A stretch of 63,227 bases of DNA, filler included, from Choristocarpus tenellus KU-1152 (GCA_964200185.2; 13 parts of 13 records of this genome joined end to end with filler, not necessarily neighbours in it), one strand, 5' to 3'; shown: positions 12,684 to 26,750, counted from the whole stretch's first letter. The notes: generated by a model not told the origin, from the sequence alone. Translations and numbers: made by a program.

Positions 12684-13930
12684 CTCCCCCCCCTCCCTCC
12701 CCTTTTTTTTTTTGGGTGGTTGTGTTTTTTGTGTTTATTGTTTTTTTCTTTNNNNNNNNNNCCCCCACCCCCCCCTTCCGTATTTAAAAAATTTTTATAC
12801 CCTTTTTTTTTTTGTTGGGGGTTTTCCCCCCCCCCCCCCCCCCCTCCCTCCCCTTTTCCATCCTACTCTTACTGACGATTTGTTTTGTGGGATGTTCGTC
12901 AGTTAGAATATATGTGGTTTCACATTTTTATGATGTTGAAGAGACAGTGGTGTTGTCTATGTGTCATCATTTACCAGTGGATTGACTGGTGATGAGATAC
13001 TTTCTTTTGTGGGAGTTGCCAAAGAGAGAGGCTTTACCAGAGGGAAAGTGGGGTATATCGGTTCCTTTGAAAGAGAAGACTCCTGGGAGGGGAGGGGGTT
13101 GATGCCTTTTGTGTTGTGCTGTGTTACATGTTGATAAATATTGACAGATATATATTTCTTCTCCTGGACCAGATCAGTCTCAAAGGACGTTAAAATGCTG
13201 GGCAGAAGAGATTTTAGGCAGAGGGTTGTTTTTCCTCATTTGCTCATGATGTAAGATATACAAGTGACCGGGAAGTCGGGATATATGATCATACATACAT
13301 AATAGCATACAGAGCAGAGTGATCCTACGGGATGCGGTAGTAATCTATTTAGGATTTCCATTCACAAACGGATATAAAAAAATACAAAATACATGTTTTT
13401 ACATAGCAACATGGAGTGCTCCTCGGCCTTCAATATGTTTACTTCTACTACTGGTGCTGGTGAACCTGTCGTCCTAAACACCTTTCCTAATCCTTTTTTT
13501 GTTGTCCTATGAACAAACTACTGCCAATTTCTGTCGGTGGCGTGACGATCTGATGAGACGTAGTTTGTACAATGGTCTGGTGCAGTGTGTATACCTCAAT
13601 GCTTGCTATGTTGAAAGGAAAAAAAAGCGACAAAAAGGGGGTACTTACCTAGACGGTGCATCGAAATACAAATAATAATATAGTATTGTATGCTGTTGTT
13701 GCACTGAGCTGTTCTTAGTTTACTGGCGCGGCTAAGACTTGTCAAAATCGCTTTGGAATTGGTCTATAAAATAGGTACATGTATGTGTGTTATTTTATAC
13801 ATACATTGTTGTACTCAGAAGTTATGTGAAGTATTGCTGCATGCATGATGGCTGACTGTTGCGGAAGAAGAGTGTTGAAGAGGAAGTGGAGGTTGCTGTC
13901 ACCGTGGCACATTTGTTTAGATGTTTATGT

Positions 13931-13932
<2 letters not shown>

Positions 13933-13976
<44 letters not shown>
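13933..13976. repeat. (GT)n microsatellite
   Basis: Perfect GT dinucleotide run. Confidence 0.95.
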
Positions 13977-13980
<4 letters not shown>

Positions 13981-15795
13981 CTCTGTAGTGGGTAACAATG
14001 ACCGAAACCCAAGTTTTGGTTAAAAAGATGACTTACTACTCTGGGATAATTTTGTGTTTTCATACCAGAGGAAAGGCAGGTCTGTTGTTGTTGTTGTTGT
14101 TGTAGTTGTTGTAGAGATGAGGAAGGGAACAATCACGTTTTGATTTAACTCAGTGGTAGATAATAGTAATAAAAATAATAGTAATAATAGGAATAGTAAC
14201 AACAAATATAGAACTAGGGTGTATGTAAGTTAAAACAAGACCACAATTAGCAAGGATCAGGTCCTTACACTAGAATTACGGATACCTTTGAAGGGAGGGG
14301 GAATGGTAAAAAAAATACTGTAAATGAGTTCTTGGTAGAGATAACGTTGCTTGGCACACCTGCCATGGTGTGATATCGTCGATGTGAGCAGTTTGTGCAC
14401 AAGGATATGGTACTATGAGGTTGTCCTTGGCCATCAGTTGGATAAGGGTTAAAGTTGGTGCGTCATAGTTAGCAGTGCTACATGATTGACTGATGTGTTT
14501 GGGAGGGGCCCTTGGTTGCAGTAGTGATATCAATATGTTACCGTGGTGGATATTATAAATGATAAATAATTAGTATTGCAATTTTTATTTTATGGGGTTT
14601 GATAACTGCACTGCAATTTTTCAGTTTCAACTCTCTTTAGTTTCGAAGTTGACTGGCATGAATATATATATATATATATATATATAAAACAGAAGTAATA
14701 GCAGAAACAAACATTGCGGATCTGTGGTTCCTTTTTGAGTTAGTACTCTCTGCTCCAAAAACCCCTGAAAAATGTGGTTTGATGCAGGTTGAATTCGTTT
14801 CAAACGATTTTCTGAGAGTGTGCGCTGAGCAGGAAACCAATAAAATAAAATAATTGTATCGAAGTTGAAGAGGCGGTTGCGTCTCTTTCACCCTCTCGGT
14901 CCACACCTAACTGCTCTGTGTACGACAATACCTTTTTTTGTCAGCAAAGAGTGCAGGAAAAAGTAAAAAAGAAGAAAAATGTATCAACAGAGGAGAGTGA
15001 CAGGTAGGTGTGTAGAAGGTATGGCGATGTGAGAAGAGATGCAGGAGAGTAGATTGTATAAATATCACCACTATTATTATTATCATTATTATGAGGTCAA
15101 GTGGTGTGTGTTCAGTGTGCTAAAGACACAAACACAGACACGTCAATACAAGGATAAACGGAAAAGTCACCTCAATGCAAGACATAAAAGTGGCAGGCAA
15201 ATCAACAATCTCGACACCCCTCTCCTCTCAGCCATAAAGAATGCGTTCTGATCCATCTCTTCTTGCCAATTTCTTACACACAAAAAAAGGAGTACAATAT
15301 AAATAATATCTATCAATAGCTCCCTTCGAATATAAATAGAGAGAAATAAGCAGCGATTTTTCCCATAAACATTTCCTTTATCTCCACAATTCCACTGCAG
15401 GTAACGTCCTTGGTTATCTATACAAATATTGTGCAACTGCAGTTCATCATACTGATTCATAAATGCAACACTAGTTGAAGGGCAATAATTGGTACCACAA
15501 GAGACTCGAGAGAATAAAACCCTCCCAAAAGAATAAAGCTAGCAAAACCTTCAGTACTATTAATCAGTATTCACCAAAGAGAGCCAGTGTGAATATCACA
15601 AAAGGATTTGTCACACAACCTCGTCACAATATTCCTCCCCCCCCCCCCCTCCATATTTCTTGCTGCTCAAGAGTGAGTCGAGGACTCTACCAGACACCAA
15701 GAGTACTTTTCTACAACACAACCACTTGTGCATTCTAAATGCCTCAAAAAAGGAAACAGATCCAACATGTGTAAACGTGTGTTGTATGTGTAGCA

Positions 15796-15841
<46 letters not shown>

Positions 15842-16626
15842 CCCTTCCCCCTGTGCTCCTTCTTCTTGTTTTTNNNNNNNNNNNNNNNNNNNNNNNNNNN
15901 NNNNNNNNNNNNNNNNNTTAATTAATTAANNNNNNNNNNNNNNNNNNNNNNNNNNNNNNNNNNNNNNNNNNNNAAAAAAAAAAAAAAAGTTATCATTAAC
16001 AAAAAAACCCCTCAGAGTTTTGGGGGGGGGGGGGGGGGGGTCTACACCAGGGTGTCCATTCGGGCCCTGACTAGGAATTGTGGTGTCAAATTTTATTGCT
16101 CTGGCCAAGTGGTACTGATAACCTCTTTTTTGCATTAATTCTTTCTCGATTTTCTTTTCTCCTTACTTGGATGTTGGCCTTGTATCTGTTGAAGATTTTG
16201 TTGAGGGCCTTAAAAAGACCCACCAGATTGGCAATGGGAGTAGATCTTGTTTTTTTTGTTTGGAGAATTTCTAATTCTCTAGTACTGTGCTATTATATTT
16301 GTTGCCCCTCCTCTGACTACCTGGTCTATCATGCGTGGATGACATGTGTGACACCTGCTCCGTCCGCCTCCCCATACCTCGATTTTTTTTTCAAGTGCTG
16401 TTACTCAATGATGCCCCACCACATCAACTATCTTGACCAGACCCTCAGAGTAATGTGAAGATGCCTTATTATTATTATTAATGCCACAAGACTGCCCACT
16501 CGTTGATGGTCAAGTACAGCCAGTACTGGAGTGTTACTCTTTTAGTGCTGTGATCAACTAGACCTGAGCAGCCCAGCAGAGAAGCCTATTTTTGATTGGT
16601 TTTCAGATACCATACTTTTAAGTGAT

Positions 16627-16804
16627 AACTCAAAGTATCTGGGGGGGGGGGGGTTCTACACCAGGGTGTCCATTCGGGTCCTAACCAGGAGAAGTGAACC
16701 TAGATTATCCATCCGATGCATGCAACCAAATCACCCAAAAATCACGACATGTAAAAATGGGCCCTGAATGGACAGCCGCCACCCCCCTTCAGATACTTCG
16801 AGCC
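16627..16804. mobile_element. Short MITE (family M2) with CAAAGTATCT...AGATACTTCG termini and a poly-G subterminal tract
   Basis: Terminal inverted repeat core is shared with family M1. A partial second copy at ~16011-16075 reads GGGGTCTACACCAGGGTGTCCATTCGGG. Further ends lie at ~25170-25216, ~35655-35699 and 57154-57178. Confidence 0.7.
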
Positions 16805-18992
16805 TGATGGACTCTTGAGTTTGAAACAAGAGTGGAAGGAAAAGATCGTATGAGTTGCTGTGCTTTTACCTTTGTAGCCATAAAGAGCCTTCAATATTTA
16901 ATTGGCAGCAATCTGAATCTCGCACGCTAGTATCGGCTATGTTTACTTTCCTGCATCGAAGCCAAACAACTTCGACTACAGCCATAGGGGATCAATATAG
17001 ACGAAAAACAGGCAGTGTGTGAAAAGAAGGGATGATATGGGTAATATATTTCTAGTAGGGGTAACTAAAAAAATCACACGTTTATTAAGCTTCTTATCTC
17101 CTTAGATATCGCTGCAGTCCTGGTAGAATCTTTCGTGAATTGACCTGGAATATGAGGTGTAAATTTCACATCTATTCAAAACTGAACATAACACAATCAT
17201 TTATACATAAAACTTTGGAACACAAGTAATGAGACTTTTCTCATGGATTGTGGGGAGGGGCATCTTCTTTCAATGGTGTACTGTGTGGCAAGTATGTGTC
17301 CAGGTCAGCGATCAAAACTCATTACACGTTTTTCCATGAAGCAACTGATCAACATGTAAAAATAGGTGAACGTTTTCCCCCTTTTTCCACTCCCGAGTCA
17401 TCCAAAGAGGGATGAATGGTGAGGTTGATTCCATACAATTTCCCTATCAACTGTCCTCTACGTATTGATTCGTTTTTGGAGAAAATATTATGGCACACAC
17501 CAGATTTACTATTAGGAACCATTTTCTGGCAGGTTGTAAATCTCGTACTTTCTTCTCTGACTTGGATTTTAGCAGTCAAGCAGTGTGAGATCTTTTGCAG
17601 TGAATGTAACTGACAATTCCAATTACATTATCAGCACTTTTTAGTCGTACCATACTATCAACTGAACTGATACCATTTTAATGCACTTGTTTAATACACC
17701 TGTCCTCTATGAAGCATGTAGCTTGTCAGGAACACAGCTCGTTTGAGGTCTCCCTGGCACTTGTTGAGGCCACATCACGCACAAGCTAGTATGTTACAAG
17801 CATGGGCATTTCCTTCTGTGACGATTCCTGGAGATGGATGCAGACCAAAAACCAGGCTCTTGGTGACTAAGCACACTCTTCACATGCAGAGTATTTAGGC
17901 TGGATCCTGTACAACTTGAGGAAGGCCCTCGATAACCAAGCAAAAATATTAATACCCCCCCCACAAGTACGGTCACTTTTGCTTCTTCTGGCACAGACTT
18001 CACAAGAATGCTCCATGGTCGATCTCACTCCCCCCAACACAGACTAATGGTACCCATGATGAAGCATGACAAAACGTTAGGTCTCAGTGGTACAAGAATT
18101 ATTTATTGAAACCTATCGGACTGGTGTGAGAGGTGTCCTTTTTGATTATGATCTTGTTTCCAGCCTGTGATAACATCATGCTGCGCATCCAGGACTTGAT
18201 CCAAATGTTTCACTATACCTTTCTGAACAGCTTATAACCATCATGTTAAAATACAAGGTTGCCACCCTCCCTCCCTGCCTCTCATGTCATGCAATACCTG
18301 ACAATGTCAAGGTGTGCATTTGTAACACAGTATAATGTATAGTGCCATACTTCAATTTGGTTTCATACTTCACACAGGTAGGACAAGAAAAATCAAGGTA
18401 GTAACTTCACTTGGTGAAATAAAAATATATCAAATACGATGACTGTCCTACAACAAACCGAGCATCCATTGGTGAACGGCATAACATTCTGAATAAAGTT
18501 TGTTAATAGTTGGGGTAGCACTGAAGACCGAATATCATACACAACAAGCGGCAGGGTATGGGTGTTTGGCGTATCTTGAAAGACAAGCTAATCATTGATT
18601 CTAGTATCGTTTGGAGTATTGCCTGCCAAGGTATTTGCTTCCTTCCTTGCATTTACACTCCTCTATGATTGAAGGCTCACCACAACTCCAACACACGAGC
18701 AAGATGGTTCTTGCTTGAATCCGCAGAATGCGAATAGCAAGGAATGTGTTTCAATAGATTGAGAAATCCTCCACATCACGGAGTGTCATGGTGTAGTTGA
18801 ATAGTGATCGCATGCACAATAAAAACAAACAACACACACGCACAAGACCTATGGTATACTTTCTAAACCTTAAAACAGGCGTAAAACTATTGAGATCACG
18901 TGGTAGTTACAAATGCACATATGGAGTAAGTTTTCACAATACTGTACGTTTCAACTGATAGACATGAAAAGAACAAGTGAGGTCGTGCTAGG

Positions 18993-21623
18993 CTATAAGA
19001 CAGCCTGTGCACCCCTGATGTGAGTGGCAGGTGCAACAAGTGCCCGTGTAACACAATTATAGTCTGCTTCTAGACCACCCTTGGACTGATTTGCAGGCTT
19101 TGAATCCAAAAACGCCTGTACAAGGTGTATTGAGAAAGAGATAGGTCATGCGAGCAGTTAAGGTCCAGCTATTGATTCAAAGTCCTCAACAATGTTTTGG
19201 GGGGAGGGGGAGGGCCGTAAATGACGAGGAGCATCAAATCTGCAGTATACCTGGGGGCACTTCAGCCGACGAACCCTTACTAGCAATACACACACATGCC
19301 TACCCTCTGTTGTGGTGTAGCTTAGTACTACTCTCTTCTCATTGTCCAAGGAAAGTAGTTTAAAATTCCAAATTGGTAATTATGCTTCCAATCTCCGTCC
19401 CATACGTGCCAAACCAGGATTAAAAAGTCTACTGAAAAACAGAGCAAAAAATCTTGCACTCACAAACACACACACACGGGAAGAGGGGGTGGGCGTGTAA
19501 TGGCACTCACATACCTGATTAACCTTAGGGGAAGCTACCCGAACAAACCCCACTAAGATATAACGTGTTCCTCTTGTCACTCTCACACCCTCGTGAAGCA
19601 GTTTACCTGACAACATGTCCGGCATGCAAGCATAAAAAGAACAGTGCTGGGTCAGCATAAGCAACTTGAAACTATGTCAATAAGACAGCATACTATACTT
19701 CGCAGTGAAACTCATCACAATCAAAGGTCCCTGCACACACACACACACACACACGAATGCCTCACCGCCCTTCCTACCTCTCCCATTCACCTGTGTGCAT
19801 TGTCAGGTCCCCGACCGTGCTTGGTCGCACCACGCCATCAGATGCACAGAACCCCAATGATCCGCCTTCCATTCCCTGCAGAGCTGCAAAACGTGTGCCC
19901 CCACCCTCAAATGACCCCGGTTCACTAAGTAGAATGTTGAAGGAAAGGAGGTTTCCATCTCGGTGAGGTGCCAGTCTGTCTTGAGTACCAGGGCGGTATC
20001 GCACAGCAAATAAGTCTTTCAAACAGGCAGCCAAGGAGGGAGAGGCGGGACCTGATTGTTGGTTAAGGGAGATGACGTTGTTTCCAGTTGGGATTTTGTA
20101 AATATTTGGTTCAGTGGGGTGGGAGGAAGAGATGGTCATGACTTGAAGAAAATGTAGTAACCCATTCTTGCTTTGAGGACAAAGAAATGTTCCTTGACTA
20201 ATAGTGATGGGTACACACCGGAAACTTTTGCCAATGTACCATCAGGCAAAAACAACGATACAGATGGATATCAAGTCTCATAAGCAACTGTTTCAACCTA
20301 AAGTACACTGTGCCAAACGACACATCCCCACATTCGGATGATTGATGAAATCGCAACAGACACAAGAGTCTTGCGTGTTGAAACGACTTCCAATCATAAT
20401 CGATTTTGCTGCATTAACAGCTTTACCGGGGCCTTGTGGAGCTATCACAGAGCGTGCCTAAAAAAGGCAAGATTCAACAAACTCCATCCTTGAGGCAATA
20501 CAAATAGACAATAAAATTACCTGTGACCATTTTTTTCTCGGTTTGTTAATGCCATCCCCGCCTAACGAATTTCTGCGACAAAAAATTAAATGCAATTTCG
20601 CACGCAGAGGTTCATTCTTTCTCAGTACTGCCAGTCCATCGTAACATGAAAGTGCATGCTGATATTGCGCAAAGTGATATTTCACTGTTTTGTTGAAGTT
20701 GGCATATGCTGGACAACACTAGAGTGTTTTCTTCACGAGATCACAAATCTCACCTTCTGTGCTAAGATGTCTCGTCTCAAATCCAAACAGGTCTGCGATG
20801 GATGGTAGGACGGTTGTGAGGAGGAGCTTTCGTGCCCAGTGATCTAGGACGGGGATGGACGACACTGCAATATCGGTGGTGGGATGCCAGGCATGTCGCG
20901 CAGTGGACCAGCCGTCCTTGGCCGTGTGTGCTTCCACCTTCGACATATCAGTCATAGGAAATGAATGAGTTGTGCAGTTGCCATAGCCATGACTTGTTGA
21001 ATATACAGGGCGGATTCCAGCAGTGTAGCAGTACATTCCAATCCTCAAGCAAATCGAAGAAAGTCACCAAGGCACCAGCAACGGTCTCAGTATTTCAGTT
21101 TAGCCTTTTGGATGCAAACCTTGCATTATGTATGTCCTTGCCATCTTCGTGAAATTCTAATAGGGTGCATGAGGATTATTTTTTCGGCATCAGTTACATT
21201 CATAGCTACGACAAAAAAATGTAAGAGATAGGCCCTGTCAGACATCGACTTTGACACATCTCAACCCAGCGTGGTTGACTCTCCATTCCACTTCCTTCCC
21301 TTCGTTCAGGATTTTGCCCTACAAACGTACTGGGCAACTTACAACCACCATAGTTGGTACGCACCATTTGAATCACCCACTCGCACGTATTCTTGTCCAA
21401 AAGTCTGCACATAGCGAGAAGGAGAGGGGAGGCCGAAGCATCTATAAATGTTACCGGACTGAGGTGACACAGTCCCCTGGAGAGGAAAGGATGTCTTGCG
21501 CAACTTGGAAACTTACCTTGCCACATGGATGGTCCACAAAGGGTTTTCGTCATAACCAGGCCTATCCGGGATACGGTAGTGAACATATGGCTTCACGAAT
21601 CTCTCCCACCCACGCCGGCTCAT
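18993..21623 (-). CDS. Fe(II)/2-oxoglutarate dioxygenase (PLOD/lysyl-hydroxylase C-terminal-like), 6 exons
   Basis: Phase-consistent exons 21623-21517, 21404-21365, 20937-20754 (GWSTARHAWHPTTDI), 20015-19791 (DLFAVRY...LAPHRDGNLLSFNILL...FEGGGTRF, HxD motif), 19606-19515 (LLHEGVRVTRGTRYILVGF, distal His and Arg) and 19115-18993 (stop). The start codon and last exon are tentative. Confidence 0.88.
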
Positions 21624-21992
21624 CAGAACAGGGTTGTTAGGTTGGGATGGAAAGGTAGGGAAAATCTTTTTGTTCTAACAGTCTCAGGCAACTACTTCTG
21701 TACTTTACTGATACTGTATCTTACTCTACTATTAATATAGTAGTAGATGAAGGTGTAGGGCAAATTAGATGTAGGTGAAAACTCTAAAAAAGTCGTGGGA
21801 TTGTTGGTAGGTAATAGTGTAGGATAGATTGTAGTATTATTAGCAAGAAGTTACTTCTACTAGTAATAGTAGGAGGTAGTATTTGTTGTAAGTTAATATA
21901 GTACTAGTAGTACTAGTGGAATTAGGGGGAAGTTACCCCTACTACTCTCTGTTCTATCTACTATCCTATAAATATGTATAGTTTTCATTTTT

Positions 21993-22040
21993 GTTTTCCC
22001 TGACACATCTGTAAAATGTCAAAGGTCATAATAATAATAT
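21993..22040 (+). repeat. Family R 3' hairpin module
   Basis: TTTTCCCTGACACATCTGTAAAATGTCAAAGGTCATAATAATAA matches 26697-26750, 56160-56205 and 60321-60368. Confidence 0.7.
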
Positions 22041-22450
22041 GATACTATAAATACTTTCATTTTTACAATAACAATTGTAGTGTTTTGATATCTTCCGCAC
22101 AGTGACGTCAGAACAAGAAGGGATGATATGGTAGAAGGAATATATTTTTGAGAAGAAAGGAACAATAAAGGTACACCTTGAAATTGAGGTGATGTCCTCT
22201 CCAAATTTAGACAATATATTCACCAATATTTTCTATATTTTTCCTTTTTCTCTTCTCATCATCAGTAATATTATTGATGTCCCTGAGTCACTAAGGTGAT
22301 AGATAAACCAAAGCTAGAAACTGGGTGGAGGGGGGAGGATGGTGTAAGGTAGTGAATTTGTTGGGATCTATTCACAAACGGTGTGCTACTTCACAGCTAA
22401 AAGTACGTAAACGATCAGTCTAAGAGGGGTAATTTTATCGTATGTGTAAA

Positions 22451-24364
22451 ATGAAGTCAGGACCTGGCAACCGTCTCCTGCGCACCTGGGGACGCGAAGC
22501 TAATATCCTTGGGCTCGGCTTGAGCTTAGCCCTTTTAGCGCAAGAGGGTGCTGGAGTGACTCTTCGCCCCCGCGTTCGCTCGGGTCTGGCTGTGTCTCCT
22601 CCTCGGAAGTTTTCTGTTATTCAGACGGTATCTGATCTTAAGCAGCCCTCAGAACCCCAATCTACCGCCTTCTTCCCATTTCCTGAAACGTACGAGGGGA
22701 TACTGCAGTCATACCTTGATGGCCTTGTAGTAGACTTGGATGCACTCCTTGGATTAGATGGAGAGGTGAGACGTAGAGTTCATCTGTTTTCTTTATTCCA
22801 CGATTTCCCATCGTTGGTTGAAGTTGCTCCAACCTACGCCATATTAGTCCCCTTCCACTTTTGATGCAATGTGATGCGATCATCTCGGCTTTCTCACTGC
22901 GTAAGTCTGCTATTCTCACAATTCCAGGAAACCGAGAGAGTTGATGCAGAGACAACGGCGGAGATAATGAGGGAGGCGTTCAACTATGCTGAAGAGATAC
23001 GCGAAGAGTTCAATCAATGTAATGGGTGGAGAACGGAAGCCACATCATCCTTCCCCGCCACTGTCACTGGTAATGAACATGCAAGAGCGTCTGCCGAACC
23101 CACGGACAATGTCCACATTAATGACGAAAGTCAATCTAAGGAGACCGTTATTGGCGACGGCAGTTTCGCCTCGGTCTCCAACACCGTTGCAGAACAGAGC
23201 GGTGATCCAAGGAGAAGCAATGCCTTGTTCTCTGACTCCAGTGTGGCGGTCACAGATGGAATCGAGGTGATATACCCCGCTCATGTGCTTTCTGTATGTC
23301 CAGGATTTGGTCTCCTTCATACTGTATACCATCGAGCCAAGGGGGGAACTTGTCTCTATTTTAGTCAACTCAACGCAAAAATGACTACATCGCTAAGAGT
23401 TTCAGATAGTTTCAGACATTATGCCATTCTCTCACCCACAGGACGTATCACGCGGGATAGAAAACGTCTTGGTAGCAAGACATGCCTAATTTCTTGCTCA
23501 CTCGTATCATTCTACTTTGTAAGGTGATAGCCACTTCTTGGTACAATGAAGAATTAAGCAAACCGGAAAGGGGTGTGTACTCGTTCATGTACAAGATGAG
23601 CATCACCAACAACAGCGAGAAGTCTGTGCGACTGGTGACACGACAATGGGGCCTAGATTTGGTCGGTGCGCTTAGCAAGGATGGCGAAGCTGGGAAAAGT
23701 GTGACCAGTGACAACCGGGCCAATGATGAAGATGTAAAGGAGGTGGAGGTGGAGAATCAGATGAGAGCATTGATGTCCTCTGATGAAGAAGAGGATACTC
23801 ATCTGGATCAAGGACGCCAGATCCATCTTGACCTGCCTGAAGGTGAGCAAATATTATTGAACATTGTGTAATTGTTACAAGAAGCTAGAGTAATTGCGAT
23901 GTACAGTCCACAGGTAGAGAGACTATGATGTCCATGTAGTTTTAGTCATTGCACGTTGTGTTGTAGAGGTTGACCAGGGGGGTCAACTTAATCAATGCCC
24001 AGAGGTAGATTCTGTTCTGGGAACTGAGTGTGTATTCCTGTGTTGTTGATGCCGTCAGGTCTCAGTATTCGCTTGAACCTGCACTGCACAACATAACCCG
24101 AAAGGAACTTTACCCAGAAATTGTACTGTTTCAAATCACCAGGACCCACACTACATCACATTTGCTTGAAATTCTTATCTTTGGTGATCCGCTAATAGAT
24201 CACTCTTTTTGACATGTATTGCAATTGAAGGTCTGGGAGTGGTGGGGGAGATGCCTATTATCCAGCCAGGAGGAACTTTTGAGTACACATCCTTTGCCCC
24301 GCTTAAGGTTCACCCACACTCACATGGTGTGGCTGGTCGCATGCAAGGTGTATACCACCTGGAG
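22451..24364 (+). CDS. apaG: ApaG (DUF525) domain protein with long N-terminal extension
   Basis: Phase-consistent exons 22451-22765, 22928-23266 (SSVAVTDGIE), 23524-23842 (VIATSWY...YSFMYKMSITNNSEKSVRLVTRQW) and 24231-24364 (GLGVVGEMPIIQPGGTFEYTSFAPL...GRMQGVY). A tentative last exon starts at 24682 (IEDTFKTRIANFLL). Confidence 0.9.
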
Positions 24365-25694
24365 GTGAGTATTTTAACGCCCCACTTTTCTTTACTGTTA
24401 AGAGCTCTAGCTACAATGTTAGAGGTGAAGGCGGAAAGTAGATGGCTCAGCAATAATTTAAGATTTTGACTAAAATATGGTAAAGAATCTTGCCATTTTT
24501 CTACCACATGGAATCCCCACTGAATCTTTTGTATGGATGAAAGAGTTTGTCGTGTTCGACAGACAAATATATTTCCTTTGTACTGATGCTGTAGGATTTT
24601 CCTGGGGAAATCAGGAACATGTAGCTGCCCTGATCTACGTTGTAGACAAATGTAGTTGGATCACAATTCTGATTTGTCTAGATAGAGGACACTTTCAAGA
24701 CCAGGATAGCAAATTTTCTGTTGAGGCACCCTCATGCATTTGTCGTGTTGTTCATATTTTTGGACAAGTGATGCCTGCAATTGAAGGATATCCAGCCTTT
24801 GCAATGATATGGTCCATGTTCTGTGAATATCGTTGTAATAGTCGTAGTTTCAGATATGATACAATGCAAGCAAGGTTGAGATGTACCCCCTCTACAACAT
24901 ATTTCCACCTTTAAACAATAATGGTGTCGTGCTATTGTAGCTGCTTAGCTAAGGGGTCAAAAACGGATGCCAGCACCCTCCCCCCCCCCCCCCCCCCACC
25001 TCCTCCCAACCCGCACCAAAACCCCCCCCACCCCGGTCGTNNNNNNNNNNNNNNNNNNNNNNNNNNNNNNNNNNNNNNNNNNNNTTAATTAATTAANNNN
25101 NNNNNNNNNNNNNNNNNNNNNNNNNNNNNNNNNNNNNNNNAAAAAAACAAAAAAAGAAAAAAAGGGGAAAACCCCGACCCCCCCCCCCCCCCCCCCCCCC
25201 CCAGATACTTTGACCCAAATCCGTGTTCTACATCGAGGTAAAACAATGACAATGAAAGATGATCTCATGGTGATGAGGGTCGCGTCACACAGGACGCGGC
25301 CGACTCCGGCGATGCATCCGATGTGGGGATCACCAAAGCCTTCATCGAGGCGTGCGTTACCGAGCTCCTACGATCGGCAACGAAATCTGCTTTTTCACAG
25401 TATTGAGTGCAGACTCAAATCCTGACCCAAGTCATATATGACCATGGATTCAGGCTCATCAAGGCCGGTAAAGGGGCCGCTTCTCTTGTTTTCAGAGATG
25501 AATGCTACGTCCACAAGCCCACACAGGTTAAACTCGGCAATCATGGAGGGAAGCCAAGCAACACATTGTGTCTCGAGCATGTAGAAGCGCTCCAGGCGAG
25601 GAAGGCTATCTTCTTGAGCCTTGTGAAGCCCGAACCTTGGGACGCCAGGTACTCCACACGTTAAAATCTATGGCACCTTCTTGTCGAGGCATAT

Positions 25695-25952
25695 GAGTGA
25701 AAGTGTCTTAGAGGGTACAAGTTGTTCCCTGTTTGTCCATTTGGGACTTGGCTTTCCATGGGTCTTTTTATTACATTCTCCTACTCCAAAATGTTTAGGA
25801 GTAGGTAAAATGTATACTTTATGAAAAGGTGTGTCCAGAACAAGGATATTGACAGTTCCTAACAAACACGATCGCGAAAATTACATCAAAATCGCAACAT
25901 TGGATTTTGGCCTCAAATGGCCGCGGCTTTACCCTCTAAGATACTTTGGCGC
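25695..25952 (+). mobile_element. MITE family M1, copy 1 (~258 bp)
   Basis: TIRs GAGTGAAAGTGTCTTAGAGGGTA...TACCCTCTAAGATACTTTGGCGC; internal sequence collinear with the other M1 copies. Confidence 0.9.
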
Positions 25953-26104
25953 ACCCGAGTTTTCGCTTAGGCGTTTCCTGAGCGTAATGGCACACAGTCG
26001 CACTGCTCTCATCCCCAACCTTCCCTTCGACCAGTCACTCTAGTTCTCCCTTCGCCTGCCGTGACCAGGCTTCCCCACAGACTTCGTCACTGTACCACAC
26101 CTAC

Positions 26105-26508
26105 CTGGTGATGGACTCGCTGCTCTCTTCGTGCTTTCCCGAGGTGGCAGAGACTGCAGAGCGGTGCTTTGACGTGGTTGAAGATCCAACCGCGTCTGTG
26201 TGGTAATGCTTTCCATGCATCTTCTCCCAGCGCTCAGTGTCATGGCCATGTGGTCCATTGCGTGATTTGATCATGCTGCTGCACCACACTACATGCACTT
26301 TCTCATCACCTAACATCGCACCAAATGTCACACGGTACTTGTTTCTTTGCAACCTCTCAACAGAGAAGGTGCCGAGGGTAGATCCAGGGGGCAGGAAGAG
26401 TGGCCTTGGTGGCTCTCCTTTTCTCACCGTCACTACACAAATCGCTCTATCAAGACGTGACATGCGTTTTAAGCTGGAGATACCAAAGAGATGGGCAAGG
26501 AGGGGCAT
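26105..26508 (-). CDS. Hypothetical protein, probable first exon
   Basis: 135-aa ATG-started ORF ending at a CAG|GTAG donor-like site, divergent from the PanK gene. No recognisable domain, and I found no phase-consistent next exon. Confidence 0.35.
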
Positions 26509-26519
26509 GTCAGATTGTT

Positions 26520-26750
26520 GAGATCCTTTCCTAGGTCCTCGCCTTGTGGTGTAGGGCTAAGCCAGGTTGGAGGCATAGCATGGGAGTGGTGTAGTATATC
26601 TGTTAATCAAATAGAAAATATATTTAGGAGAGATATCTTTAACATAGGTATATTATATATATATAATTCTATATATTCTTACGATATGTTGATTTGGTTT
26701 TTCCCCAAACATATCTACAAAATGTCGAAGGGCATAATAATAAAAATATG
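26520..26750 (+). repeat. Family R, copy 2
   Basis: GCCTTGTGGTGTAGGGCTAAGCCAGGTTGGAG...TTCCCCAAACATATCTACAAAATGTCGAAGGGCATAATAATAA. Confidence 0.72.

Noticed and set aside
13640-13660. TACTTACCT resembling the 5' end of U1 snRNA
   Set aside because: No U1 stem-loops or Sm site are recognisable downstream. It is equally the reverse complement of a splice-donor consensus.
11460-15860. Very long poly-G/poly-C tracts and the polyGly/polyPro ORFs they generate
   Set aside because: They are low-complexity, lie beside N gaps and contig ends, and have unreliable lengths. There is no coding evidence.
25395-25667. Coding-like minus-strand ORF as continuation of the 26105-26508 gene
   Set aside because: I found no phase-consistent splice join and no recognisable motif.
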